From: Ignavibacteria bacterium
Lineage (GTDB): Bacteria > Bacteroidota > Ignavibacteria > DATCTW01
DNA length: 64,000 bases
Reading direction: 5' to 3'
Assembly: GCA_036567745.1 (NCBI GenBank)
Contig: DATCTW010000018.1
Span: 194,665 to 258,664, forward strand
Position numbers and translations under genes: made by a program. Shown in pieces: positions 1 to 11,039 of this stretch (the first letter of the stretch is position 1; each line of letters opens with the position of its first letter). The notes below the pieces were generated by a model, which did not search any database, was not told the DNA's origin, and saw only the letters and a list, made by a program, of their open reading frames with translations.

Positions 1-2622
1 GAATATATTTTTGGTTGAAAAAATAATTTGCCCACCATCTGGCATGGCATCCCTTGCGTTTATTGCTAAATTTAAAAATGCATTTTGTAATAAGGTAGGA
101 TCCCCAATTACAATTGAATTTTTTGCATTAAAATGCCTTATTATTTCGATTTTTTTATCTATGCTTCTTTCTAAAAGACCTATTGCATCCTCAAGAGAGT
201 TATGTACATCTATTGGCGTTGATATTATTTTCCCTTTTCTTGCAAAAGCTAAAAGTTTATGTGTTAAATCAGCAGATTTCCTGGTTGTCTCAATAATCTT
301 TTCAGCATAATGATAAAGTTTTGAATCCTTATCTAACTTCCTGCTGAGCATTTCAGCATAACCCATAATACCACCCAGCATATTATTAAAATCATGAGCT
401 ATACCTCCTGCCAATTGACCTATCACATCCATTTTTTGTGTAATCTTTAATTGCTCATTGGCTCTTTCTATATCTGTAATATCAACAACAATATTTAATA
501 AACAGGGTTCTGAATTAATATTAATCAACATTGAAGAAAGCATTGAAATTCTTTTTTCACCTGATTTAGTTTTTGAAACAATTCTTACATTTTCAGCTTT
601 ACCTTTTCGTTTTATTTCAGATGCAATAATTTCATCTGCTTCAGAATATTCTTTGATACCTAATTCAAATGAATTCTTGCCAATAATTTCTTCTTCTGTA
701 AAACCACTTTTTTCAAGAAAGGCTTTATTTACTTCAATATAAGCACCATCACTTAACCTATTTATTGATATTGCAAAAGGATTTAGATCAAAAATAGTTC
801 TAAATTTTAATTCACTTTCCTGTAATTTTTTGTACGCTTTTTTCTTTTCTGTAACATCTCTTATTATTGCTTGAAGAAAAGTTTTATGTTTTAATTCCAA
901 CCTTAATAAACTTACCTCTGTATCAAAAACTTCTCCATTACTTCTTAAATGTTGCCATTCGAATATTGCTCTGCCTTCACTATAAGCCTTGTTTATCATT
1001 TCCCAACCTTTTATGTAAGAAGGTAGACCATCCGATTGAAATTCAGGAGAAAGATTTAATGGCGAATTGCCTATTATATCTTCCTTTGTCATTCTAAACA
1101 TCTCACAGGTATTATAATTTGCTTCTATAAAAATATCTCTATCAAGAATAAAAATTGAGTCATTTGAATTATCAAATAATTTTCTATATCTAAATTCTGC
1201 TTCTTCAAGATTCTCCTGATATTTCTTTTGTTCAGATACATCAATAAATAAAACAATCAGATTGTCTTTTACTAATTTATATCTGATTTCTATTGGTTTT
1301 GACGATCCATCTTTACATCTTATATCTACATTAAATGTTTTTGGAGGGGTGTTGTTTTTAATAGTATTTTCTACAGCTTCAAACCATTCAGATTTTATTT
1401 TTTCTCTATAATTAGGATCACTATATGCCTTAATCCACCAATCATCAACAGATTCAAAATCTTGTAAAGTATACCCAAAAAGAGTAGTAAAAGTTTGATT
1501 TAAATATTCTATACTATTATCACGATTAACAACAGCAATACCAACAGACATTACATCTAATAAATTTCTAATATAAGCATCGTGCTTTCTGAGTTCTTCT
1601 TCAATTTTTATTCTTTCGGAAATATCCCTTCCCACTATAATTAATATTTTTCTTGAACCATCCTCATTAAATAAAGGTATCTTTAACATATCAAAAATTA
1701 GAGTAGTGCCGTCTGGTTTTTTTATTATTTCATCATATCTTATTGCAGTACCTTTTAGCCATGCTTCAACATCGGATTTTTCACATTGTAAAAAAACATC
1801 CTTATAAAAACTACTTTTCTCAGCGAATTCTAAAGCTTTTTTACCTCTATAATCAATACCATCCAAATTAAAAACTTTTATACCATAATTATTAATTTCT
1901 AACCAACGTCCTTCACCATCCCTTATACACACTATATCCTGCATATTATTGATTATAGTTTCCAATCTTTCTTTGCTATTAATTAATTCAATATTTTTGT
2001 CAGACAATTCTTTTTTTGATCTTATTAATTCTTCTTTTTCCTCAAAATATTCAACTTGTTGCAAAGCAAATTTAAAGGTTATATAAGAAAAAATTGGGAG
2101 TGTGATTAGCCCTGATAGTGTATGTTTAAAAGCATAACTAATTGTTAAATGTCGCAAGTCCGGAAATACTAATCCTGCTAAAATTGTTGTTAAAATTGAA
2201 CTCGGAAAAATTATTATTGAAAGAACAATTAAGTAAAAATCAAGATTTTTCTTATTTATTTGATATATTTTTTTAATATAGATCGTTAAAGAAATTAATA
2301 GTAAAAAGAAAAATAAAAATGAAACAAAAGCAGAAAAATTAATAATTGAGGATAATGCATATAAACTAATTAAGGTAATAATTGAATTAATTAAACCGGT
2401 CTTATAACCATATAAAAACGTGCATAATGCAATTACTGTTCCCATTCCTAAATAAGCTTCATTTTTGTATAACTCAAATTGCAAGAGTAATAAGAAAACC
2501 GAGATTATTCCAAAACTAAAGCCAGTAATTAAATCAAGATAACCATAGTTTTTTGATTTTAAATAATAATAAAACCTGAGGAAAATAGACAAAAAAAGAT
2601 AAAAAACTGAGATAATAATCAT
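1..2622 (-). CDS. Multi-PAS sensor histidine kinase, partial (C-terminus lies beyond the window start). An N-terminal multi-TM domain is followed by several PAS domains, a HisKA H-box (AHDFNNML) and the start of a HATPase domain.
   Basis: I translated the minus strand by hand and found a continuous ORF from the ATG at 2622..2620 to position 1 with no stop. The hydrophobic N-terminus is followed by PAS-like repeats (e.g. ...GRDISERIKIEEEL..., ...IRDVTEKKKAYKKL...) and a histidine-kinase H-box 'IAHDFNNMLGGIMGYAEML'. The plus-strand track ORFs at 11..310, 458..742 and 867..1097 are antisense artefacts of this gene. Confidence 0.75.
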   Translation of the reverse strand, partial: MIIISVFYLFLSIFLRFYYYLKSKNYGYLDLITGFSFGIISVFLLLLQFELYKNEAYLGMGTVIALCTFLYGYKTGLINSIITLISLYALSSIINFSAFVSFLFFFLLLISLTIYIKKIYQINKKNLDFYLIVLSIIIFPSSILTTILAGLVFPDLRHLTISYAFKHTLSGLITLPIFSYITFKFALQQVEYFEEKEELIRSKKELSDKNIELINSKERLETIINNMQDIVCIRDGEGRWLEINNYGIKVFNLDGIDYRGKKALEFAEKSSFYKDVFLQCEKSDVEAWLKGTAIRYDEIIKKPDGTTLIFDMLKIPLFNEDGSRKILIIVGRDISERIKIEEELRKHDAYIRNLLDVMSVGIAVVNRDNSIEYLNQTFTTLFGYTLQDFESVDDWWIKAYSDPNYREKIKSEWFEAVENTIKNNTPPKTFNVDIRCKDGSSKPIEIRYKLVKDNLIVLFIDVSEQKKYQENLEEAEFRYRKLFDNSNDSIFILDRDIFIEANYNTCEMFRMTKEDIIGNSPLNLSPEFQSDGLPSYIKGWEMINKAYSEGRAIFEWQHLRSNGEVFDTEVSLLRLELKHKTFLQAIIRDVTEKKKAYKKLQESELKFRTIFDLNPFAISINRLSDGAYIEVNKAFLEKSGFTEEEIIGKNSFELGIKEYSEADEIIASEIKRKGKAENVRIVSKTKSGEKRISMLSSMLININSEPCLLNIVVDITDIERANEQLKITQKMDVIGQLAGGIAHDFNNMLGGIMGYAEMLSRKLDKDSKLYHYAEKIIETTRKSADLTHKLLAFARKGKIISTPIDVHNSLEDAIGLLERSIDKKIEIIRHFNAKNSIVIGDPTLLQNAFLNLAINARDAMPDGGQIIFSTKNIF

Positions 2623-2852
2623 AATCTTCAATACCAAATCAAAACCAAACATAAACACCTCTGAATATAAATCACTCAATCAAAACATAACAAATAATAC
2701 TGGAGATAAATTACAACATAATAGTTAATTATAATAACATTTCTTTTTAAAATCAAGTTCCTAACAAAAACAGTTGATTCAATCAAAAAAAGATACTATT
2801 TTTATTTCATCACTTTAATAACAATTACATTATTTTCTTATAGGGAAAGAAT

Positions 2853-4403
2853 ATGAAATTAAAACCCATAATATTTTGTTATCTTATAATAAATTTTCTA
2901 ATATTTATTCCTATTTTATATTCTCAGCAAAAAGAATCAACAAATACTAAATATATTCTTACCCCTGAACCTTCTAAAAAGCCACGTATAAATGGTGCAT
3001 CAATTTTTGGAGTTAGACCAGGCTCACCATTTCTTTATAGAATACCAATTACAGGTGAAAAACCAATAAAACTTGAAGTGAAAAACTTACCTGATGGTCT
3101 ATCATTAAACAAAAGTACTGGTATAATTACCGGGAAAATATCAAAAAAAGGTGAATACAAATTATTATTTGTTGCAAAAAATAAATATGGTAAATATACA
3201 AAAAAATTTAAAGTTGTATGTGGTGATAAAATCGGTTTAACACCTCAAATGGGATGGAATCATTGGTATATGTGGGTAGATAAAGTAAATGACAAAATTA
3301 TCAGAGAAGCCGCAGATGCAATGATTTATACTGGTTTGGCAGATCATGGTTACTCATATATAAATATTGATGATTCTTGGTCAATAAAAAAAGGTTCTGA
3401 CAATCCTATGCTAAATGGTGAACCCAGAGATAGCAATGGCTATATTAATTCCAATAAAAACTTTCCAGATATGAAAGCTTTAACTGATTATATTCATTCA
3501 AAAGGGTTAAAAGCTGGAATTTATTCTTCACCGGGACCCTTAACCTGCGGAAACTATACTGCATCCTATGGTTATGAAGAACAAGATTCAAAAAGATTTT
3601 TCGAGTGGGGATTTGATTTGCTTAAATACGACCTTTGCTCTTATAGAAAATTGACGGATTATCATAATGCAGATACTCTAAAAAAAATCTATAAATTAAT
3701 GGGTTATTATCTACAATTATTGCCAAGAGATATTATTTATAACTTATGTGAGTACGGAGAAGGTAAAGTTTGGGAGTGGGGTAATGAGGTATATGCAAAC
3801 AGCTGGAGAACTGCTTATGATTTAGGAGGAAAAATTGATTCGATTTTTCATAAAGTATATAGAGATGGATTTGACTTATACGCAAAATATGAACTTCACA
3901 AATATGCAAAACCCGGTAATTGGAATGATCCCGATTATTTACTATTAGGAATAATTAATAATTGGAAAGGTGATCCTATTTTTACTCCTCTAACACCCGA
4001 TGAACAATATTCATATTTTTCATTTTGGGTACTAATAAATGCCCCGCTAATCATTAGTTCTGACATAACACGTTTGGATGAGTTCACTTTAAGACTATTA
4101 ACTAACGATGAGGTTATTGAAGTAAATCAAGATGAGCTTGGAAAAGCTGCCAGAAGATTATCTTATATAGATGGAATAGATATTTGGTATAAAGAATTAT
4201 ATGATGGTTCTTTAGCAGTCGGGTTATTTAATCGTTGTGAAAATGAGAAAGAAGCTACTTTATCCTTCAGTGAATTAGGTAGCAATAAGAAATATAAAAT
4301 AAGAGATTTGTGGAGACAAAAAGATCTCGGAATATTTACAAATTCTTTTACAACAAAAATTAATTCACACGGTGTTGTTCTTATAAAACTAACCAAAAAA
4401 TAA
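2853..4403 (+). CDS. Secreted alpha-galactosidase / alpha-N-acetylgalactosaminidase of glycoside hydrolase family 27, with an N-terminal Ig-like (dystroglycan/cadherin-like) domain
   Basis: ATG start and signal peptide. GH27 hallmarks: the 'PQMGWNHW' box, the 'YINIDDSW' nucleophile motif (cf. YLxIDDCW) and 'FDLLKYDLC' (cf. LKYDNC). Confidence 0.85.
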   Translation: MKLKPIIFCYLIINFLIFIPILYSQQKESTNTKYILTPEPSKKPRINGASIFGVRPGSPFLYRIPITGEKPIKLEVKNLPDGLSLNKSTGIITGKISKKGEYKLLFVAKNKYGKYTKKFKVVCGDKIGLTPQMGWNHWYMWVDKVNDKIIREAADAMIYTGLADHGYSYINIDDSWSIKKGSDNPMLNGEPRDSNGYINSNKNFPDMKALTDYIHSKGLKAGIYSSPGPLTCGNYTASYGYEEQDSKRFFEWGFDLLKYDLCSYRKLTDYHNADTLKKIYKLMGYYLQLLPRDIIYNLCEYGEGKVWEWGNEVYANSWRTAYDLGGKIDSIFHKVYRDGFDLYAKYELHKYAKPGNWNDPDYLLLGIINNWKGDPIFTPLTPDEQYSYFSFWVLINAPLIISSDITRLDEFTLRLLTNDEVIEVNQDELGKAARRLSYIDGIDIWYKELYDGSLAVGLFNRCENEKEATLSFSELGSNKKYKIRDLWRQKDLGIFTNSFTTKINSHGVVLIKLTKK

Positions 4404-4459
4404 TTATATTATATACCTACCATTAATTAAATTTGATAAACAACTATAGATAATAAAAT

Positions 4460-4494
4460 AAGCAGGGGATTTAAAAATCTTCTATCCCCTGCTT
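4460..4494. terminator. Bidirectional rho-independent terminator hairpin between convergent genes
   Basis: AAGCAGGGGAT-(13 nt loop)-ATCCCCTGCTT, an 11-bp GC-containing stem in AT-rich DNA, flanked by T-rich sequence on the minus strand. It lies between the convergent stops at 4403 and 4570. Confidence 0.6.
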
Positions 4495-4569
4495 ATATCA
4501 TAAAATAATCATCAAAGAAAATATGATTAAAAATTAATTCAACAATTTATAATTTATTATTTCTATTTA

Positions 4570-7500
4570 CTATTTTTGTACAACTTTTATTCCAATTAAA
4601 TTATATCCTCTATCTATTATTTGATCACCTTTAAATAAAGCCCAAGAAGGTATTCTTGGCAAATTCTTAACCATATTATATAATTGCAAAGCACTATTAG
4701 ATAGAAAAATTGTCATCATTCTGTTTTTGTTAAATGGATTAGGTAACACTAATATTAATCCATCATCTGAATTTGTATATAATTTACCATTCCATTCAAA
4801 ATATGAATTATAGAATTTTAAACCTAATAAATCTGATACTCTTTTTACAAGATTATTTTCATAAGTACCACCTAAAAGAATAAGATCATTATTCTTCAAC
4901 ATCTCTTCTGATACTTCACAATCCTTTTTTACTGGTAATAAAATTTCAGTAAACCTATCAGCTGCTGTCTTCTGAAATCTTAAAGCAAGAGTATGGTTTG
5001 CTTCAATTTCTCTCGTGGTTCCGTATACAATTATCGTTTTACTAAAATCATCATAAAAATTAGAAAAAGTGTAAAAATTATTGTCATTAATTGGGAAGTC
5101 CATATTTGGATTTAAAATAATTTCATTAGGTTCTTCATTCAAAGTAAATTTAAATTCTTCTTGCTCTTTCTTAAGTTCTAACTTATACCAATGATTTGTT
5201 CCTTTGGATTTAATAAGTAATGAAGTAAATAAATGGAATGGTTTACCATTAAATTTTATATGAACATTGACTTCCCATTTATCAGATATTTTATTTTTAT
5301 TATAAGTTACTTCAATATCTGGAATATCATCACGGCTAATCCAATTATTAATAAATTCTTTTAAATCCTTTCCAGAATATTTTTCTGCTAATTTTATAAA
5401 ATCATCACTACTTATGTTTTTTGAATTATATTCATTATGAATATTGTTCATCATTTTAGAGAAAAGTTCATTGCCAAGATATAATCTCAATTGATGTAGC
5501 AAATAAGTTCCTTTAACCTTAGGTATATAAAAATGTTTGGTTTCATTATACACTGTTTTTGCGTTGATGGGTTTCAATTTACCTTCCCTTGATTCTGTAT
5601 AAAGCAGTCTACAATTTAACTCACTCATTTCATTTTTAACATAATTCAAAGCACTATTTTTATCTTTAGGTAAACTATTTAATAAATACCAATAACCTGA
5701 TGTTCCACTAATTAGCCAATTTTCTTTTTCTGATAATGGGAATATCGTATTATACCATAAAAGTTCCTTTGGGAAAATTAAACATTCATTTATTTCACTT
5801 AGTTCGTTTTTGCTTTCACTCATTGATTTATCTTTTACTATGGAGAGCTTTTTAATCAAATCGTTTGTAGTTATTGGACTAAAAGTCGAATACCCCAAGG
5901 TTAAGCGTGGTATAGCAAAAGGTAAATCAGGAATTCTTCCGTTTTCATTTACAAATTGTTCTCTTAAAGTTACTTTACCATAATGTGCAAAAAACATAAG
6001 TTTTTCTGCCATTTCTGAATTGGTAATTTTTCCATCACAAGCGTGAGGCCTATTTATTGGAGATGAATTGAGTAAATCAATTCCTGTTTTTATATCAATT
6101 TTACCTTTATTTTTCTCATAAAAATTCCAGAAAGCAATATCTCTATCCCATGGTCTAAAAGATAAATCATAAGGAGCATTATCAGAATTGGCAATGTACT
6201 CTTTTCTAATTTCAAGTGCTTTTGGGTTATTATTGCTCCAATACCAATCTTTTTGATCCCCATAAAATTCATTCTTTGTACTTCTCCATAATTTTGAAGC
6301 ATAAGTACCAAGACAAAGAATTGCTATCTCATCATTTTTTGTATCACCAATAAGCCAATCATTAGTATACATTCCATTATTTTTAAATGATAAATATTTT
6401 ACTACATCATCAATGTTATTTGAATATTGTGCAGCTAATCTAATTCTATTTGATTGAGGTGTGCCATCAGGGTTGAATGGAGTTTGACTTACAGTAGTCT
6501 CTCCTATCATTATCCCTTTTGAATTAATATAAAAATCTGCTCCCGAATGAATTCCTCCTGCAAAAGTTTGATATACTAGTCTATTCCCTTTTTCGGGTAT
6601 CACATCAACTATTACATTCCAATCTGGACCCATATATCCATTCCACATAAAAAGTTGAGCAAATACTATTCTACCATTCTTTGATGCAGATTTATTTGCT
6701 AGAAAACCTGAACATTTATGTAATCTATCCGGAAGATCTATTTGATCTTCAGGTGAATCAAAACGTTTACCTGTTAGTGAATGAGGTGTTTTTGTTATAG
6801 CATCTGAAGCATAAGATAAATCTATATAAGAATTAATGGCAACAATATCTAACAAGTCAACTGGATTATTAAACACAGTAGCACCTGCATTTTTTGCACC
6901 ATCTGCTATACCTTTCATCTCTGTAAGTAATTCTTCATCATACTTTCTTAAAAATAGTAGATCTGCTTGGCTTCTTAATGTCCTCCAAGCTAAAGATGGA
7001 TTGTCTTTATTATAATTTAGCGCAAGCTTATTTATAAAATTTTTTATTTCATTCGATACCAGATATCCATATTGATACCCTCTTTCATAAGGTTTACCTT
7101 CAATGTGAACATAAATCCAACCTTTTTCTTCAAACCTATAACCTTTTTTATATGTTTTAATTCTTTCTTTTGGTATATATTCACTAATATCGTTCACTTC
7201 TTTTATTTCGATATCGTCAAACCATGCTAAACCAGTAGCCTTCCCATTATAACCTAAGTGTAAACTAACTCTATCAACTTTGCTTGTTGCAAAAAAATAA
7301 ATTTCTACATATTGCCAATCTCTTGTTGCTCCAACAGATAAAGAGTTCATTGTGAAAGGCATAGATTCCATTCTTAAACAAGCAGGAATAGAAGTAGGAT
7401 ATTGCTCATACTCATTCGTATAAGCATTTTCGGTTTTTATCCATCCCGATAGCTTGTATAACTTACCAACTTCCAAATTTACTGGAGAAGAAAAAACTAC

Positions 7501-7719
7501 AGATGAACTACTTGTTTCGTTATTTATTTTAATGGAAGCTTTACCTGAATGATATATTGTAAAATCTGATGAACAGTTACCGGATTTATCACCTACTACC
7601 CAACCTTCAGGTAAATTATTTTTAACATTTTCAAAACCAGAATTAAATATTTTTATTTGAGCAAATAAGCCAGTTATCATTAAAAATGATAAGATTAACT
7701 CGAATAAAACTTTTTTCAT
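4570..7719 (-). CDS. Large secreted multidomain protein. An N-terminal CBM4/9-like carbohydrate-binding domain is followed by a central region resembling an N-terminal-nucleophile (Cys) hydrolase of the peptidase C45/AAT type.
   Basis: The track ORF starts at a TTG (7737). I moved the start to the ATG at 7719, which is preceded by AGGAGG and gives a signal peptide MKKVLFELILSFLMITGLFAQ. The CBM-like region reads '...SGKASIKINN...WQYVEIYF...AWFDDIEI'. 'HKCSGFLANK...GRIVFAQLFMWNGYMGP' resembles the autoproteolytic Cys site of C45/Ntn hydrolases. The functional call is tentative. Confidence 0.4.
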   Translation of the reverse strand: MKKVLFELILSFLMITGLFAQIKIFNSGFENVKNNLPEGWVVGDKSGNCSSDFTIYHSGKASIKINNETSSSSVVFSSPVNLEVGKLYKLSGWIKTENAYTNEYEQYPTSIPACLRMESMPFTMNSLSVGATRDWQYVEIYFFATSKVDRVSLHLGYNGKATGLAWFDDIEIKEVNDISEYIPKERIKTYKKGYRFEEKGWIYVHIEGKPYERGYQYGYLVSNEIKNFINKLALNYNKDNPSLAWRTLRSQADLLFLRKYDEELLTEMKGIADGAKNAGATVFNNPVDLLDIVAINSYIDLSYASDAITKTPHSLTGKRFDSPEDQIDLPDRLHKCSGFLANKSASKNGRIVFAQLFMWNGYMGPDWNVIVDVIPEKGNRLVYQTFAGGIHSGADFYINSKGIMIGETTVSQTPFNPDGTPQSNRIRLAAQYSNNIDDVVKYLSFKNNGMYTNDWLIGDTKNDEIAILCLGTYASKLWRSTKNEFYGDQKDWYWSNNNPKALEIRKEYIANSDNAPYDLSFRPWDRDIAFWNFYEKNKGKIDIKTGIDLLNSSPINRPHACDGKITNSEMAEKLMFFAHYGKVTLREQFVNENGRIPDLPFAIPRLTLGYSTFSPITTNDLIKKLSIVKDKSMSESKNELSEINECLIFPKELLWYNTIFPLSEKENWLISGTSGYWYLLNSLPKDKNSALNYVKNEMSELNCRLLYTESREGKLKPINAKTVYNETKHFYIPKVKGTYLLHQLRLYLGNELFSKMMNNIHNEYNSKNISSDDFIKLAEKYSGKDLKEFINNWISRDDIPDIEVTYNKNKISDKWEVNVHIKFNGKPFHLFTSLLIKSKGTNHWYKLELKKEQEEFKFTLNEEPNEIILNPNMDFPINDNNFYTFSNFYDDFSKTIIVYGTTREIEANHTLALRFQKTAADRFTEILLPVKKDCEVSEEMLKNNDLILLGGTYENNLVKRVSDLLGLKFYNSYFEWNGKLYTNSDDGLILVLPNPFNKNRMMTIFLSNSALQLYNMVKNLPRIPSWALFKGDQIIDRGYNLIGIKVVQK

Positions 7720-7896
7720 ATATCCTCCTGAACACAAAATTCTATTTCCTTAACAAATAAGTAAAAATTTAAGATGTTTAAATTGAAATGTCAAGATTAA
7801 ACGATAAAATTTTTAATTGTTAAAATATCTTTTCAAAATTAATTATGGAAATAGATTATTTTTTATTATATTCTAAAATAAACATTGAGGTTATAA

Positions 7897-10110
7897 ATGA
7901 AAAAAGTATTATTACTATTTTTTATTATTATTTATTCTTCTTTTGCTCAGCAAAAAGAATATAATTTATATCTTTCTACAAATGGAAATGATCAATTCGA
8001 TGGGAAGTATCCAATCACAAACATTAAGAAAAACCAAGGACCATTCAAAACTTTTAATAGAGTAAAAGAAGAAATTAATAGTATTTGTAAAAATGAAAAT
8101 AATATTTTAATCAACATAATTCTTAAAGGTGGTGTTTATTATATAGGAAATACTTTTATAATCGATAATGAACTTACAGAAAATAAAAATGTAACAATTG
8201 TATTTAAAAGTTATAAAAATGAAATTGTGAGAATTTCCGGTGGTATTATTGTTTCGGGTTTTTCTGATATTACAGATAAAAATATTTTAAATCGTCTTAA
8301 CCCTGAAGTAAGAAAAAAAGTTAAAGTATGTAATCTTAAACAATATAATATTTCTGATTATGGAAATCCACCACACCGTTTTGATGTTTTGTACAAAGGT
8401 AAATTTATGTCTGTATCCCGATATCCAGATAAAGGCTGGTTAAATATTGATGATGTACCTCAAAATGGTGATTCACTATACAATAAAGGTGACCATAAAG
8501 TGATAAGGAATGGGAAATTTGCAGGGAAACATTACGGAAGATTTTGTTATTCTGACCCTAGACCAAATAAATGGATTAACACAAAAGACATCTGGATGCA
8601 TGGCTATTGGGTTTGGGATTGGAAAGATGATTTCCAACTGATTGATAGAATTGATACTATTAAAAAAGAAATATATCCTGCAAAACCATTTCATCATTAT
8701 GGATTTGAAAAAGGACAAAGATATTATTATTTCAATATTTTAGAAGAATTAGATAAACCCGGCGAATGGTATTTTGATAAAGCTAATGAACTACTATATT
8801 TTTATCCTCCACAAAATATAGCAAATGGTGAGATAATGCTATCAACACTCAATAAACCTATGTTTGTAATTGATAAGTGTAATAATGTAAAGTTTGAAAA
8901 AATTATTTTTGAATGTTCTAAGGTAAGAGTTATTGATATTATAAGCGGAAATAATAATATAGTAGCAGGTTGTACAATTAGATCAATTGGTGCCGATACT
9001 GCAATAGTAATAAGAGGTGGAACAAACAATGGAGTAATTAGTTGTGATATATATGATGTAGGAGCTACTGGTATTGCTATAAATGGTGGAGATAAGATAA
9101 CATTAACTCCCGGAAATAATTTTGCAATAAACAACCATATAACTCGCTTTGCTAACAAAATTAGAGCATTCAGTTCTGCAATTTATTTAAGAGGAGTTGG
9201 TAATATTGCTTCTCATAATAAAATACACAATGCACCTTTTTCAGGTATGCAATATTATGGAAATGATCATATAATGGAATTTAACGAAATATATGATATT
9301 GCTCACGAAGCTGGCGATGTTGGTGGCATTAATACTGGTGCAGATTATACAGATATGGGTACTAATATCAGATATAATTATTTTCATAATATTCACGGAC
9401 CTGGAGAAGGTAATTGTAGAGCAGTATATCTTGATTTACCCGGTTCAAATACAACCATATATGGTAACATATTTTTTGATGTAGATATGGGTGTTTTCTT
9501 CAACAGTGGAAGAGATAACAGAGTAGAAAACAACATCTTTGTTAAATGTAATCCTTCGGTAAATAATTACAATTGGCCACATAAAAATTACTTTTATGAA
9601 GGTGGTGCCTGGAAAATATGGGAAAAAATGATGGAATTTAAATATAACGAACCACCTTATAGTACAAAATACCCTGTAATTAAATCCTATTATGATTCAG
9701 GATCTGTAGGTTTACCAATAAATAATATATATAGGTGTAATGTTAGCTTTGGCGGTAGTTTTATGGATTTATCTGAAGAAATTCCCTTAGATAGAATAAT
9801 TGTTGAAAATAATCTCATTTGCGACTCTGTAATTCTTAACCTCGTTAAAAAATGGACAATCGATATTGATCCTTATGCTATACCTTACACAAAAACTTAT
9901 ACTCAAAATGATAATAATTTAGTTGACTATCTGGAAAAGAAAGGAAATAAAATATTAAAAGGCGATCCTGGTTTTATAAATTTAAATAAAAAAGATTTCA
10001 GACTAAAAAAATCTTCAATTGCTTATAAATTAGGTTTTAAACCAATACCTTTTGAAAAAATCGGATTATACAAAGATAATTATAGAAAAAATATACGTTA
10101 TGATTATTAA
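7897..10110 (+). CDS. Secreted right-handed parallel beta-helix (pectin-lyase-fold) protein, probably a polysaccharide lyase or glycosidase
   Basis: ATG start and signal peptide. Repeated beta-helix rungs occur with NxxxTIxG/N-rich periodicity ('IVAGCTIRSIGADTAIVIRGGTNNGVISCDIYDVGATGIAINGG', 'NIHGPGEGNCRAVYLD'). Confidence 0.55.
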   Translation: MKKVLLLFFIIIYSSFAQQKEYNLYLSTNGNDQFDGKYPITNIKKNQGPFKTFNRVKEEINSICKNENNILINIILKGGVYYIGNTFIIDNELTENKNVTIVFKSYKNEIVRISGGIIVSGFSDITDKNILNRLNPEVRKKVKVCNLKQYNISDYGNPPHRFDVLYKGKFMSVSRYPDKGWLNIDDVPQNGDSLYNKGDHKVIRNGKFAGKHYGRFCYSDPRPNKWINTKDIWMHGYWVWDWKDDFQLIDRIDTIKKEIYPAKPFHHYGFEKGQRYYYFNILEELDKPGEWYFDKANELLYFYPPQNIANGEIMLSTLNKPMFVIDKCNNVKFEKIIFECSKVRVIDIISGNNNIVAGCTIRSIGADTAIVIRGGTNNGVISCDIYDVGATGIAINGGDKITLTPGNNFAINNHITRFANKIRAFSSAIYLRGVGNIASHNKIHNAPFSGMQYYGNDHIMEFNEIYDIAHEAGDVGGINTGADYTDMGTNIRYNYFHNIHGPGEGNCRAVYLDLPGSNTTIYGNIFFDVDMGVFFNSGRDNRVENNIFVKCNPSVNNYNWPHKNYFYEGGAWKIWEKMMEFKYNEPPYSTKYPVIKSYYDSGSVGLPINNIYRCNVSFGGSFMDLSEEIPLDRIIVENNLICDSVILNLVKKWTIDIDPYAIPYTKTYTQNDNNLVDYLEKKGNKILKGDPGFINLNKKDFRLKKSSIAYKLGFKPIPFEKIGLYKDNYRKNIRYDY

Positions 10111-10151
10111 ATAGTATAAACAGATATTACTGATTATTTTAAAAACACTAT

Positions 10152-11039
10152 TTAATAATTTTTAATTTCAGAGGATATTCTCTTTGCGGTTTCACATGCC
10201 GCTAAACCACCGAGAGAAGTTTCTTTTAATGAATCAGACATTTTATTACCTATTTCTGCCATTGCCTTAATTACTTCATCAAGAGGTATTATTGTTCTAA
10301 TGCCAGAAAGAGCCATTTCAGCACTGGCAATAGAATTCAATGCTGCATTAACATTTCTTTTTACACATGGTATTTCTACCAAGCCTGCGATTGGATCGCA
10401 TACCAACCCTAAAATATTTTTTAGAGCAAATGCAGCTGCACTTTCGATAGCTTCTACATCATTATTAAATAAATAAGTGATGGCACCAGCAGTCATCGCA
10501 CTTGCAGAACCTACCTCTGCCTGACATCCATGAACTGCACCCGAAAGAGATGCTTGTATAGAAATAACTTCACCTATACCACCAGCTACAAATAAAGATT
10601 TTATTAATTCACTATCTGTAATGTTGTGCTTCTCAGCTATTTTAAAAAGTGCACCAGGTATTACACCAGCAGCACCAGCTGTTGGTGCAGCTACTATCTT
10701 TTTCATGCAGGCATTGGCTTCTGATACTGCCAATGAGTTTCTAATTATTTCTGAAAACTCTTTTGATAATAATGAGTTCCCCTTTTCAATAAATCTATTC
10801 ATTAGATACGCCCCACCAGAAATCATACTACTTTTTGTAACATTTTTTTTGACAAGACCAGATTTTATTGAATCCCTCATTACATTTAATGTTTTTTGCA
10901 TTCTACTAATTACAACATCTCTTGACAACTCTTCATTAGTATATTCATATAGAATAAAAAACTCTGATAAATCCAGAATTTTATTTTTTGACATAAATTT
11001 TTTTACGTCACTAAACGATTTAATTTTTATCCTTTTCAT
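10152..11039 (-). CDS. sdaAA: L-serine dehydratase, iron-sulfur-dependent, alpha subunit
   Basis: ATG start. Strong family motifs are present: 'GGAYLMNRF', 'AAPTAGAAGVIPGAL', 'CQAEVGSASAMTAGAI'. The 5' end overlaps the stop of sdaAB by 4 bp (ATGA), which is an operon arrangement. Confidence 0.85.
   Translation of the reverse strand: MKRIKIKSFSDVKKFMSKNKILDLSEFFILYEYTNEELSRDVVISRMQKTLNVMRDSIKSGLVKKNVTKSSMISGGAYLMNRFIEKGNSLLSKEFSEIIRNSLAVSEANACMKKIVAAPTAGAAGVIPGALFKIAEKHNITDSELIKSLFVAGGIGEVISIQASLSGAVHGCQAEVGSASAMTAGAITYLFNNDVEAIESAAAFALKNILGLVCDPIAGLVEIPCVKRNVNAALNSIASAEMALSGIRTIIPLDEVIKAMAEIGNKMSDSLKETSLGGLAACETAKRISSEIKNY

Noticed and set aside
11-1097. Plus-strand ORFs 11..310, 458..742 and 867..1097
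   Set aside because: They lie antisense within the long minus-strand multi-PAS kinase ORF that runs off the window start, and their composition is low-complexity. They are spurious.
7737-7737. Track start codons for several ORFs (4570..7737, 13059..13787, 26471..27769, 42254..45412, 29135..30085, 18207..18536)
   Set aside because: The first codon is TTG or GTG translated as M. In most cases an internal ATG with an AGGAGG/GGAG RBS and a clean signal peptide follows within 5-35 codons, so I used the shorter starts.
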